The notes under the pieces: model-generated | Seen by the model: only the letters and a program-made list of their open reading frames with translations | Told to the model about the DNA's origin: nothing | Database searches by the model: none | Translations under genes and position numbers: made by a program | Assembly: GCA_965240325.2 (NCBI GenBank) | Contig: OZ251232.1 | Coordinates: 1-64,000 of the forward strand | Reading direction: 5' to 3' | Length of the DNA stretch: 64,000 bases | Source: Rebecca billardiae RCC1528 | Lineage: Eukaryota; Protista; Haptophyta | In this document: positions 35,683 to 44,840 of the stretch, one piece after another | How the letters are laid out: the number at the start of each line of letters is the position of its first letter | Position numbering within the stretch: position 1 is the first letter of the stretch

Positions 35683-37422
35683 ATGGCGCTCGGCGCGCCG
35701 CTGCTCGCCGCGTGCTGCGCCGCGGCCGCGCCGGGCGCGCGGCCCAACCTGGTGCTCGTGCTCACGGACGACGTGGACGTGGACCTGCTCGCGCGCTCGC
35801 CCGCCGCGCGCCGCCTCGCCGCGCGCGGCACCTCCTTCGCCCACGCGTACGCCAACACGCCCGTGTGCTGCCCGAGCCGCGCGACGCTGCTGACTGGCCG
35901 GCACCTGCACAACACGCGCACGCTGAACAACTCGCTCGCGGGCGGGTGCGCCGCGCCGGGCGCGTGGCAGCGCGACGCCGAGCCGCACGCCCTCGCGCCG
36001 CGCCTCTCCGCGCGCGGCTACGCGTGCGCGTACCTGGGCAAGTACCTGAACAACCAGCACGACCCGCGCGCGGGCGGCGTCGGGCGCGTGCCGCCGGGGT
36101 GGAGCCGCTGGCTCGGGCTCGTGGGGAACAGCCGGTACTACAACTACACGCTCTCCGCCGACGGCACCGCCGAGCCCCACGCCGACGCCGACGCCGAGTA
36201 CCTGCCCGACCTGCTCGGCGAGCGCGCGGCGCGCTGGCTGCGCGAGCAGCGCGGCGCGCCGCACGGCCGCAGCGGCGCCCAGCGCGCGCCGCCCTTCCTG
36301 CTCGTGCTCGCGCTGCCGAGCGCGCACGCGCCGTTCACGCCGGCGCGGCGGCACCAGGGCGCCGCGGCCGGCGCGCGCGCGCCGCGCGGCCCCGCGTGGA
36401 ACCGCACGGCCGTGGAGGCGGTGGGCGGCGGCCCCGGCTGCCACGCGCCCGTGCGCGACTGGCCGCCGCTGAGCGCGCGCGCGGCCGCCACGGCGGACGC
36501 GGTGTGGCGCGCGCGGCTCGAGGTGATGCGCGGCGTGGACGACGTGCTCGACGGCCTGCACGCCGCCCTCTCCGCCCTCGCCCTCCTCCCCTCCACGTAC
36601 GTGCTGCTCAGCTCCGACCACGGCTTCCACGCCGGGCAGCGCGCCTCCCCCTTCGACAAGCGGCTGCCGTACGAACACGACACGCGCGCGCCGCTGCTGG
36701 CCGCCGGGCCGTGCGTGCGGCGCGGCGCGGTGCGGCTCGAGCCGGTCGGGCACGTCGACCTCGTGCCCACGCTGCTCGCGCTCGCCGACGCCGGGCTGCC
36801 CGCCGCGTGCGCCGACGCCGCGCCCGCGGCGCGCGCGGCGGGCGCCGCGCTCGGCGCGCCCAGCGCGCGCCCGCCGCTGGACGGCAGCTCGTGGGCGCAC
36901 GCCCTCTTCGAGCAGCAGCCGCGCACGCCCGGCTCGGCCGACGTGCTTTTCGAGTACCGCGGCGAGGGCTCGGCGGACGTGCCGATCACGCTCGAGGGCG
37001 CCGGCCGCGCCGTCGTGTACACCGCGGCCGCGCGCGCGCTCGCGGGCGCGCGCTGGGGCGTCGACTCGCCGACCGACGGGCTGAACAACAGCTACAGCTG
37101 CGTGCGCACGGTCGGCTGGGACGGCGCGCACCCCGGCACGCACGCGCCGCCGCGGCTGGCGCGCAGCGACGTGCTCTGCGAGTTCACGTGCTTCGACGCC
37201 GCGCGCGCGCCCACGCCGTGCCCCGCCGGCACGCCCGAGGGCTGGGGCGAGTATTACGACCTGCGCGCGGACCCGGCGCAGCTGAGCAACAGCGTGCGCG
37301 CGCTCGGCGCCGCGGAGCGCGCGCGGCTGAGCGCGCGGCTGCGCGCGCTCGAGCGGTGCGTCGGCGCGCACGAGTGCCGCGGCGGCGCGCCGCCCACTCC
37401 GGACGACGTGGCGGCACTGTGA
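35683..37422 (+). CDS. Secreted formylglycine-dependent sulfatase (N-acetylglucosamine-6-sulfatase-like)
   Basis: Signal-like N-terminus; RPNLVLVLTDD, CCPSRATLLTG (CxPxR), GKYLN, SSDHGFH, KRLPYE and EYYDLRADP. Confidence 0.93.
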   Translation: MALGAPLLAACCAAAAPGARPNLVLVLTDDVDVDLLARSPAARRLAARGTSFAHAYANTPVCCPSRATLLTGRHLHNTRTLNNSLAGGCAAPGAWQRDAEPHALAPRLSARGYACAYLGKYLNNQHDPRAGGVGRVPPGWSRWLGLVGNSRYYNYTLSADGTAEPHADADAEYLPDLLGERAARWLREQRGAPHGRSGAQRAPPFLLVLALPSAHAPFTPARRHQGAAAGARAPRGPAWNRTAVEAVGGGPGCHAPVRDWPPLSARAAATADAVWRARLEVMRGVDDVLDGLHAALSALALLPSTYVLLSSDHGFHAGQRASPFDKRLPYEHDTRAPLLAAGPCVRRGAVRLEPVGHVDLVPTLLALADAGLPAACADAAPAARAAGAALGAPSARPPLDGSSWAHALFEQQPRTPGSADVLFEYRGEGSADVPITLEGAGRAVVYTAAARALAGARWGVDSPTDGLNNSYSCVRTVGWDGAHPGTHAPPRLARSDVLCEFTCFDAARAPTPCPAGTPEGWGEYYDLRADPAQLSNSVRALGAAERARLSARLRALERCVGAHECRGGAPPTPDDVAAL

Positions 37423-37709
37423 TGCCGCCATGGTGTCGCTGACTGCCGTGACGCGACCCGGCATCACTGCGCTGTACTCCCGCTACGATATACTTAGATG
37501 AGTCGCGCAGATGTGAGCCGAGCAGGCCGGACCTGCAATGCGAGCTGCGATTATTATATTATTGCTATGCGCGCGACGATCGATGGCGATGATGCGTGCG
37601 CCATCACGATGTCGATGACATCAGACATGCTGACTCGCCGACGCGACAGTATGTATGAAGTGGCCGCGCATCATATATGCTGCTGCGCTGTCGCGTTATA
37701 TACGTCGTA

Positions 37710-37841
<132 letters not shown>

Positions 37842-38042
37842 ATTACGCGCTGACTACCGCGCCGTGCTTATCGGCCGTACGCCGCACCGCCTCGCAAGTG
37901 CGCGCGCGATAGCAGCAGAAGACCGTAGCGCGCCGGTAGCGTCGGCTGCTCACTACGACTACGCGCGATCCGCGTAGTGGCTAAGCAGTAACTGTCTGTA
38001 AGCGGCAGTCGTCCGCCTGACACCCGCGCCGCCAGTATACGA

Positions 38043-38372
38043 CCAAGGGGCGGCTTACAAAATGCCACTGGGGGCGAAACACACAGGCTGTCGGATGCGA
38101 CTGCGAGGCTCCTGAGACGGACAGTGTCCGGCCAGTGGAATAACTAACACTGTGGGGGAAGTTTTGAATCCGCGGGAAAGCTTAAGCGGGTAACCGCCGG
38201 TAATCTGTCGAGTAGCCATCTCGTAGTTCTTTCTGAAGGCATTCGTCCGGTCTTTATTTTTTCATACGAGCTCCCGGACGCTGTCTCCGTCTCAGGAGCC
38301 TCGCATCCGACGGGGCCGTCCTCACTGGCGCTTTCGCCCCCAGTGGTATTTTGTACAATAGCAGCCCCTTGG
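38043..38372. mobile_element. MITE-like element with ~90-100-bp imperfect TIRs
   Basis: Left CCAAGGGG..TACAAAATGCCACTGGGGGCGAAA..TGCGAGGCTCCTGAGACGG; right CCGTCTCAGGAGCCTCGCA..TTTCGCCCCCAGTGGTATTTTGTA..CCCCTTGG; lower-GC non-coding core; no clear TSD. Confidence 0.75.
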
Positions 38373-38434
38373 CCTTGTCAATGGCGACCGCGTACGACAG
38401 CCGGTCCGCGGACTCGTCGCCGCCCACCGTAGTC

Positions 38435-38435
<1 letters not shown>

Positions 38436-38472
<37 letters not shown>
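38436..38472. repeat. (CT)n microsatellite
   Basis: Pure CT run. Confidence 0.95.
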
Positions 38473-38474
<2 letters not shown>

Positions 38475-38654
38475 ATATCTAGGCGCGCGCGTTGATGCTG
38501 CGAGCATATATATGTAGTATGACTCGGTTGCCAGCAGGCGGCCGAGTCAGAGTGCCAGCGTCGCACGGCGCAGTCCCGGGCCCGCCTGCTGCAGAGTGCA
38601 TAGGCCGGACTGCCGTCCACTCCCGGCCACGGCCCACGCGTTCATCGTGCTGCC

Positions 38655-39950
38655 TCAGGGGGGAGAGGCGCTAGTTGGGAGACGCCTCCTGGCTGCTCTC
38701 CGGCGGGCGGAGCTCTCCGGAACCAACGCGGGCCGCACGCGCCACGATGAAACGTGGCCGGCGCAGCCAAAGCGCACGCTCGGCCCGGCCTCGAAGAAGG
38801 TGCACGCGCGCGCGTGGCGCGGGTCCTCGGGGCGCAGCGGGTCGCGCAGCGTGAGCACGCCGCTCGTCTCGGTCGCGCGCACGATCGCGCGGGCCTGCGA
38901 TCTGCTCCACCTGTGGTTGATGGGCAGGAAGAGCTGCTGCTGCGCGCGCGCGAGCAGAGGCCCCTCGGGGAGGCGCAGGTCGACCAGCTCGGCCATGTGC
39001 GAGAAGGGCGCGTCGTGGAGGGGCGAGGCGGACATCGCGAGCGTGTCGTACCCGAGCAGCCGGCCCAGCCCGACGATCAGCGGGTCGTGCATGTCACCGA
39101 GCACCCAGCCCAGCCGGCAGGCCAGGCCGAGCGCTGCGCAGCGCGTGCCGTTGAGTGTGGCGGCGACCAACTCGGGCGAGCGCAGCGCGCGCGCCACTTT
39201 GAACGTGAGCTGTGCGGCGCCGTCGCGCACGGCGGCGCGCTGCGACGCGTTCGCCGTGCGCTCGTACTCGCGGAGCAGCGTGAGCAGCAGCGTGTTCTTC
39301 TCCGGCGCCACCAGCATCCGGCCGGTGTTGTAGAAGATGCCCGTGCCCGGCGTCCACTGCCACCACCACGGCGCGGGCTGCTGGTCGAGCATGTCGCGCC
39401 ACCTCGCGGGCGGCAGGCCGTGCTGCGCCCAGTGGCTCACCTCGACGTGCGCGGTGCCGTCCACGGTGAACACGGGAGCGGACGCGCGCACGCCCCACCG
39501 CGCGGGCGGCACGAAGAAGCGCGCGAACGGCGAGCAGTCGCCGCCGGCAAAGTCGCACGCGCTACGTTTTGCGCGCTCCGGACGCGGCGGCCGGCCGTCG
39601 TACGCGCGCGCAAACCGCTGCCGCATGCTCGCCAACGCGATGAAGTCAGTGCAATTGCCACCGCCCACGCCTTCGACGCACGGCGGCCGCGTGACCACGT
39701 CCACGCCCGCCGCGCGCAGCACCTCGAGCGGCAGCGGCGGGCCGGTGGCGCGCAGGTCGTACCAGTACGCGGACGCCTGGAAGAGCCGCAGCACCGCGCC
39801 GTCGCTCGCGCGGCTGGGCCGCCAGTCGGCCGCGGGGTACACCGCGCTGAGGTACTCCCTGACCCGCACCACGTCCGCCGCCGTCGGTGCGAGCGCCCGT
39901 GCCGTCGCGGCGAGCGCGAGGGCGTGCAGAGCGGCACTGCTCCCCTTCAT
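38655..39950 (-). CDS. Predicted secreted hypothetical protein
   Basis: Signal-peptide-like start MKGSSAALHALALAATARA; globular composition with motifs VEVSHW, WTPGTGIFYNTG, LGYDTL and ELVDLR. Confidence 0.75.
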   Translation of the reverse strand: MKGSSAALHALALAATARALAPTAADVVRVREYLSAVYPAADWRPSRASDGAVLRLFQASAYWYDLRATGPPLPLEVLRAAGVDVVTRPPCVEGVGGGNCTDFIALASMRQRFARAYDGRPPRPERAKRSACDFAGGDCSPFARFFVPPARWGVRASAPVFTVDGTAHVEVSHWAQHGLPPARWRDMLDQQPAPWWWQWTPGTGIFYNTGRMLVAPEKNTLLLTLLREYERTANASQRAAVRDGAAQLTFKVARALRSPELVAATLNGTRCAALGLACRLGWVLGDMHDPLIVGLGRLLGYDTLAMSASPLHDAPFSHMAELVDLRLPEGPLLARAQQQLFLPINHRWSRSQARAIVRATETSGVLTLRDPLRPEDPRHARACTFFEAGPSVRFGCAGHVSSWRVRPALVPESSARRRAARRRLPTSASPP

Positions 39951-40186
39951 CCCATCGTGGTCCGGAGCCACCGGGCCTGACAATGACGATGCATTGACCG
40001 CTCAGCAGTGCTCAGAAAGTCCTGCCGGGCGGCGACGATCGAATACGAAAAAGGCGCCGGCGCGGCTACCCACTCGGGGCTGCAGCAGCAGGGGTGCCTG
40101 CACCCCGCCCCCCCCCCCCGCTGCCGCGCCGCGCCGCGCGCGGCAACCCAAGGGTCGGGCGCGCGGGCCGCCGGCCGCGCGGCGCG

Positions 40187-43100
40187 ATGGCGGCGCTGGC
40201 CGCCGAGACTGGCGCGCCGCCGCCCGGCGCGCCGCTCGGCCGCGTCGCCGCGCAGCTGCGCGACGACGCGCAGCGCGAGGCGGTCGCGCTCACGACGCTC
40301 AGCAAGCGCGCGCGCGGCTCGTCGGACGAGGACGAGGCGCCGCCCGAGCCGACGTACGCGGACATCGACGTGGACCTGGACCTGTCCGACGCCACCGAGT
40401 CCGAGCACGGCGAGGCCGCCGCGCGCCGCACGCTCGCCGAGCAGCTGCGCGGGCTGCTCGAGCACTTTGACGAGTGGGCCGACTTCAACTCGGCGCGCGG
40501 GCACATCCGGCTGGTGACGGTGCTGATGTTCGCGCTGCTGCTCGGCGCGGGGGCGATGATGATCACCGTCGAGGTGCGCGAGCTCACCTTCTTCTCCGAG
40601 GCCGCCGCCGTCGTGCTCGCGTACGCCGCGGTCGGGTGGGCTGTCTCGTGCTGCGGGTGCGCGAGCGTGACGCTGCGGCTCACGCGGCTGCTGCTCGCGT
40701 TCGCGTCGTGCGCGACGCTGATGGCGGTGCTGTTCGGCACGCTCGCGATGATCACCACCGCCGTCGCCCTCGCCGCGATCGGCACCGCCGCGCGGTACGA
40801 GCTCGGCGCGGGCTACATCTCGGTGCTCTCGGTCGGGCTGGCGCTGCTGTCGTGCGCGCTGGTCGGGCTGTGGAGCCTGGCCGCGCACGACGCGCGCGTC
40901 ACGCGGCTCAACATGCTGCTGCGCGGCATCCCGGGGACGGGCGAGCTGCCGCGCGCGCCGAACCGCGCGCGCGCGTGGTGGCGCCGCAGGCGCCGCCGCC
41001 CCGCGCAGGAGGCCGCCGCCGCCGCGAAGGGCGCGGGCGCGGACGACGACGACGAGGACGAGGCGGAGGCGCTGGCCGACGCGCAGCAGAGGCAGCAGAG
41101 GCGCGCGCGCGCGGGCCGGCGCGCGCGCGCGCAGGCGCGCGAGGCGCGGCGCGGGAGCGAGGCGGCGGGGCTGCGGCCCGCGGACGGCGCCGACGCCGAC
41201 GATGCCGACGCGCGCGCGGACGACGAGGGCGACGGCGCCGCCATCGCGCGCCGCGCCGAGCGCTCGGCGGGCGGCGTGCCCGCGGCCGGCAGCGCGGGCG
41301 CGCGCCGCACGCGCGGCCGCGGCGGCAACGAGTCGCAGTCGTGGTCGGGCGGGTCGGTGCTGCGCCGCGTGCAGGGCACGGCGGCGAACGTGCTCACGCG
41401 GCTGGGCTCGACGCGCATGGCGCGCGCCGAGTCCAACGTCGCCACGCGCCGCGACTCGACGCGCGCTGAGCGCGAGCGCGACTCTCCGGCCGCGGCCGCG
41501 GCCGCGCGCGCCAACGGGTACGCAGACGCGCTCGACGACGAGGAGGCGCCCAAGTTCGTGCCGCGCGTGGAGGAGCTGGACGAGCAGGAGCAGCGCAGCC
41601 GCACGCGCGCCCGCTGGCTCCTGCTGCTCGTCGGCCTCCCCGCCTTCGGCTTCGGCCTCGCGCTCATCTACCCGCTGCTCTTCTCGGAGACGCAGCAGGT
41701 GGAGCGCGAGCTCGTGCTGATCGGGCACAGGAGCGAGATGGCCGACTTCTACGTGGCGTGGGAGGGGGCGATGGGCGCGCTGGTGCCGGACGAGGACCAC
41801 AGGCCGGTGGCGCGCGTGCTGGCGAGCGGCGAGCGCGCGCACGGCGCGCGCCGCTTCCGCGGCGTCCCCTTCCTCAAGTCTCTGCGGCTGCTGCGCGACG
41901 CTGGCGTGCTGAGCGCGCCCTTCTCCGCGCCAAAGCAGCTGGTGCTGATGGTCACAAGCAGGGCGCACGCGCCCGCGCCGCCGCCGCCGCCGTGGCCGCC
42001 CGCGCCGGACGCGGGCGCGGGGTGCGACGACACCGAGCCCACGCCGTGGTGCGAGGCGCGCCGAGAGCGCCGCTGCGGCCGGCCGCTCTTCGACGCGCGC
42101 TGCCTGCGCACGTGCGGCCGGTGCGAGCCCAGCCCGCCGCCCGCGCCGCCGCCGCCGCGCCCGCCGCCGCCGCTGCCGCCCACGCGGCCCGACGGCAGCC
42201 GCGCGCTCGGCGCGCCGGTGGCGCTGGCGGGCGACTCTGCGGAGGACTGCCTCAACGCGCTCTTTGGCGAGCGCGTCACCACCGTCTTCGGCCAGGTGCG
42301 CACGCGGCTCGCGCTGCTCGGGCTGGCCGCCGCCGACGTGGCGGGCACCGCCTCGCGGCGCACGCGCGGCGCGCAGCCGGCGGGCGGCACGCCGCGCTCC
42401 GTCGCGCTGTCCGACTTTGAGCTGGTGTGCTACGAGGGCGAGCTGCTCTCCGCGCGCTCCTTCTGGGCGGACGCGCGCGCGCAGCTCGGCGCGGCCGCGC
42501 TCGAGCAGCCGTGCGCCACGCAGGCGGGCGTGGTGGGCGGGATGGGCCCGTTCGCAGGCTCGCTCTACTTCCAGAGTCTCACCGAGGGGCTTCAGGCGCA
42601 CGCGCAAGGCCTGCGCAGCAACAACGAGAGCGCGCGCGCGGACGCGGCGGACGCGTCGTGCGTCGAGGTGTACTCCAACCCGCAGCTCGAGGTGAACCGC
42701 TCGCAGCTGCTCCGCTCGATCGGCTCGACGGAGCGCCACCTGCTCGAGATCGCCTCCTTCCTGGGCAGGCCGCCCTTCCGCTCGTACGCGGGGCCGTCCA
42801 ACACGTGGTACGAGCTCTCCTACCGCACGCTGGTGAGTCACGCCCGAGCGCACCCGCACACACCGCCGCACACACCGCCGCACACACAGCCGCACACACA
42901 GCCGCACACAGCCACGGAGCGTGCGCGCGCGGCACACGCGCACGCGAGCGCGCGCTCACTCGCCGCCCTGCCCCCCTCCGCTGCGCCGCGCCGCGCCGCG
43001 CCGCGCCGCCAGACGGCCGAGCAGTCGCGCGACAGTGCGGGCAACGTGCGGCTGATCAACATGATCGCGGCGGTGGTGGAGCGCGCGCTGCAGGTCTCGC

Positions 43101-43660
43101 CGCAGGGCGGCAGCTACGGCATCATCGCCACGGCCGCCACGCTGGCCAACATCGAGCAGCGCGAGCGCCTCGACCCCGCGCGCGCCAACATGTACCGCCT
43201 CAACTGGGAGGAGCGCAACGCCAAGCTGGCCGCCATCTCGAGGGGCGAGCACGCGTACGTCGAGCTGGTGCCGCCGCGCGGGCTGCGCAACGGGCAGTAC
43301 CTGGGGCGGCAGGAGGCGCGCGGCATCGAGTACGTCAAGGAGGGCGACATCGACAAAGCGAGGGAGGCGTTCGCGCAGGTGCGGACGCGAACGCGCCGCC
43401 GCCGCCGCCGGGGCGCGCGGCACGCGCTCACGTCCGTGCCCCCCCCCCCCCCCCCGCCGCAGGTGTACCTGGGGTTTGGGCTCGAGGGCATCAAGCACGT
43501 GATCGCTGCGTGCACCGAGGTCGCGGTCGCCTTCACGCGCTCCGAGGTGGCGGAGCAGTTCAACATCACGATGCACGACTCGTCCGCGCTGCTCGCAGAG
43601 GAGCAGCTCGAGCGCATCGCCGACGCCATCGACGACGTGGCGGAGGCGGACGAGGACTGA
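40187..43660 (+). CDS. Multi-pass membrane protein with ShK-like domain and C-terminal Asp/Glu racemase-like domain; introns 42833-43012 and 43379-43462
   Basis: About 5+1 TM helices; six-Cys module CDD..WC..RC..RCLRTCGRC; racemase motifs GVVGGMGP, GPSNT, RLINMI, GIIATAAT, IAACTEV and DSSALLAE. Confidence 0.8.
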   Translation: MAALAAETGAPPPGAPLGRVAAQLRDDAQREAVALTTLSKRARGSSDEDEAPPEPTYADIDVDLDLSDATESEHGEAAARRTLAEQLRGLLEHFDEWADFNSARGHIRLVTVLMFALLLGAGAMMITVEVRELTFFSEAAAVVLAYAAVGWAVSCCGCASVTLRLTRLLLAFASCATLMAVLFGTLAMITTAVALAAIGTAARYELGAGYISVLSVGLALLSCALVGLWSLAAHDARVTRLNMLLRGIPGTGELPRAPNRARAWWRRRRRRPAQEAAAAAKGAGADDDDEDEAEALADAQQRQQRRARAGRRARAQAREARRGSEAAGLRPADGADADDADARADDEGDGAAIARRAERSAGGVPAAGSAGARRTRGRGGNESQSWSGGSVLRRVQGTAANVLTRLGSTRMARAESNVATRRDSTRAERERDSPAAAAAARANGYADALDDEEAPKFVPRVEELDEQEQRSRTRARWLLLLVGLPAFGFGLALIYPLLFSETQQVERELVLIGHRSEMADFYVAWEGAMGALVPDEDHRPVARVLASGERAHGARRFRGVPFLKSLRLLRDAGVLSAPFSAPKQLVLMVTSRAHAPAPPPPPWPPAPDAGAGCDDTEPTPWCEARRERRCGRPLFDARCLRTCGRCEPSPPPAPPPPRPPPPLPPTRPDGSRALGAPVALAGDSAEDCLNALFGERVTTVFGQVRTRLALLGLAAADVAGTASRRTRGAQPAGGTPRSVALSDFELVCYEGELLSARSFWADARAQLGAAALEQPCATQAGVVGGMGPFAGSLYFQSLTEGLQAHAQGLRSNNESARADAADASCVEVYSNPQLEVNRSQLLRSIGSTERHLLEIASFLGRPPFRSYAGPSNTWYELSYRTLVSHARAHPHTPPHTPPHTQPHTQPHTATERARAAHAHASARSLAALPPSAAPRRAAPRRQTAEQSRDSAGNVRLINMIAAVVERALQVSPQGGSYGIIATAATLANIEQRERLDPARANMYRLNWEERNAKLAAISRGEHAYVELVPPRGLRNGQYLGRQEARGIEYVKEGDIDKAREAFAQVRTRTRRRRRRGARHALTSVPPPPPPPQVYLGFGLEGIKHVIAACTEVAVAFTRSEVAEQFNITMHDSSALLAEEQLERIADAIDDVAEADED

Positions 43661-43974
43661 GGAGGGCTGGGCGGACGGGCCGGCGCGTCCGGGCGCGCCG
43701 GATGAGCGCGCGCCTGAGTCGGCCACCGCGCCGGCACAACCTCCGAGCGCGCACGGCTGCGACGAATGCCGATGCACAGCACGACGGATGCGTCGATGCC
43801 ATGTTCGGCGAGTGCCAAGCGCGACTCAGACTGCGTGAAGTAGGCTGCCCTCCTGCGGACGGCCCCGGGGGGAAGAATTTGCGGGCGCCCCGGCCGGGAC
43901 GCTGCCATGCTGGACGATCGAAAAAGGGCCGTGCAGCGGCCAGTGGCGATTGACGAAGCAGCGGGCGCGCGGCG

Positions 43975-44577
43975 ATGAAGTCCGCGCTGCAGACGCGGCT
44001 CGCGGAGAAGGAGGCGCGGCTGAAGGAGCTGTACGCGCTGGGCGGCGAGAAGAAGGAGTACGTCGGCGGGTACGGCGGCGGCCACCTGCACGCCTCGAGC
44101 TACGCCGAGGTGCAGTCCCTCGAGCGCGAGCGCGCCGAGCTCGCGCGCGAGGTCGAGCGGCTGCGCACCGAGTGCGCCGCCGAGCAGCGCGACGTCAAGC
44201 GCGCCGCGCGCGAGGCGAGCGACGTGGGCAACTGGACGAAGCGCGTGCTCGCCGCCGACGCGCACTTCGCCGCGAGCTCGAGCACCGCCGCGGACGAGGC
44301 CTTCACGCAGCGCACCAAGGGGCTGGTGAGCCGCACCGACTTTGCGCGCGAGCGCGAGCTCGCCGCCGCGGAGGCGGCGGCGGCGGCGGAGGCGGCGGCG
44401 GGCGCGGCGGCGCGCGCGCGGGCGGAGCGGGCGCAGCGCGAGAAGAAGCGGCGCAAGAAGGAGGCGAGCCGCCTCTCCTTCGCCGCCGAGGACGACGACG
44501 CGGACGCGGGCGCGGACGGGCCGGCCGAGCGTGCCGCGCCGCCCGCCGGCGCGCCGTCCGAGGCCGCCGCGAGGTAG
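43975..44577 (+). CDS. FAM50/XAP5 N-terminal-like protein
   Basis: F..SSTAADEAFTQRTKGLVSRTDF and KKRRKKEASRLSFAAEDDD resemble the N-terminal half of XAP5/FAM50. Confidence 0.55.
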   Translation: MKSALQTRLAEKEARLKELYALGGEKKEYVGGYGGGHLHASSYAEVQSLERERAELAREVERLRTECAAEQRDVKRAAREASDVGNWTKRVLAADAHFAASSSTAADEAFTQRTKGLVSRTDFARERELAAAEAAAAAEAAAGAAARARAERAQREKKRRKKEASRLSFAAEDDDADAGADGPAERAAPPAGAPSEAAAR

Positions 44578-44840
44578 CCAGCGGGGCGCGGAGTGCGCCG
44601 TTGATTGGGGCGCTCGATCAGCCTGCGCGCCGGTCGGCCACTCAGCCGAGCGTCAGCAGCATGTGCAGTGGCAGCCGTCTGGTACCGCCGGGTACATCCT
44701 CCGCCAGTCACTAAAAGCGCGGGCCCAGGGAACCGATGACGAAATTCCGCGCGATAAAAAAAAGGACACTTATTGCTGGAAAAGAGCGCGCGGCGGTGGT
44801 TTCCGTTGGCGGCGGGGGCGGGCTTCACCCTGCAGCGACG

